Source: Methanomassiliicoccaceae archaeon (GTDB lineage: Archaea; Thermoplasmatota; Thermoplasmata; Methanomassiliicoccales; Methanomassiliicoccaceae). Taken from it: a stretch of DNA of 64,000 nucleotides. The position numbers and the translations under genes were made by a program. The stretch covers positions 96,001 to 160,000 of the forward strand of contig CAVSJV010000003.1 of NCBI GenBank assembly GCA_963728405.1, in the 5' to 3' direction. Below the pieces are notes generated by a model. That model was not told the DNA's origin, did no database searches, and saw only the letters and a list, made by a program, of their open reading frames with translations. Of this stretch, positions 63,800 to 64,000 are shown piece after piece; within the stretch, counting starts at the first letter, position 1, and the number at the start of each line of letters is the position of its first letter.

Positions 63800-63835
63800 G
63801 TGAACTACCCCTCTGACGGAGCTTCTTGCTTCAAC
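63800..63835 (-). mobile_element. right end of an IS200/IS605-family element
   Basis: Minus strand GAAGCAAGAAGCTCCGTCAGAGGGGTAGTTCAC, ending in TTCAC (63804-63800). Confidence 0.7.
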
Positions 63836-64000
63836 CACCCAACATGCGCCAGACCCGCTGGTCCGCGTAGAGGTCGAATGTCCACAAGCGTGAGTTCCGG
63901 TCGTTCCGACCGTACCTTCTCAATACCCTTATTGAGTATATTGATGGAAGCGTTATGGTCACGCGATAGCGACAGACCACAGAATGGACATTCGTGTCGT
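63805..64000 (-). CDS. tnpB: C-terminus of a second TnpB (runs off the right edge)
   Basis: Manual translation RHECPFCGLSLSRDHNASINILNKGIEKVRSERPELTLVD...KQEAPSEG-TAG; not in the ORF track. Confidence 0.88.
   Translation of the reverse strand, partial: RHECPFCGLSLSRDHNASINILNKGIEKVRSERPELTLVDIRPLRGPAGLAHVGWLKQEAPSEG

Noticed and set aside
1-64000. CRISPR array, cas genes, tRNA/rRNA genes, integrase or provirus
   Set aside because: No regularly spaced repeats or recognisable signatures found by eye.

Overview
Archaeal chromosomal segment of roughly 55-60% GC (by eye). The rpl7ae-rps28e-rpl24e-ndk-aIF5B operon shows it is archaeal. The VAT/CDC48, POR and overall gene content suggest Thermoplasmatota, probably Methanomassiliicoccales (inference). 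Many otherwise intact genes carry single-base frameshifts, probably uncorrected long-read errors, so pseudogene calls are limited to clear fragments. Left to right: pepF; an ABC-2 exporter operon; citrate synthase; QueG-like, THUMP, thioredoxin, AlkZ-like and UbiA genes; an arsS (rSAM/selenodomain) cluster with two glycosyltransferases; a low-GC island encoding a solute-binding protein, a histidine kinase and two response regulators; a ~245-nt highly structured intergenic RNA candidate with a group-I-intron-like core; the translation operon with a K-turn leader; POR genes with a gamma-delta fusion; and a ~20-kb surface-glycosylation locus (hddA, fused gmhA-gmhB, GT2/GT4s, two very large GT-C-like proteins, Alg13/Alg14-like pair) interrupted by an IS5/IS903-like element. 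The right end holds two TnpB elements with intact right ends, CDC48, and a RimK-like ATP-grasp pair followed by a Vps62-like gene flanked by a degenerate duplicate of the ATP-grasp 3' end. No CRISPR array, tRNA or rRNA gene was recognised.
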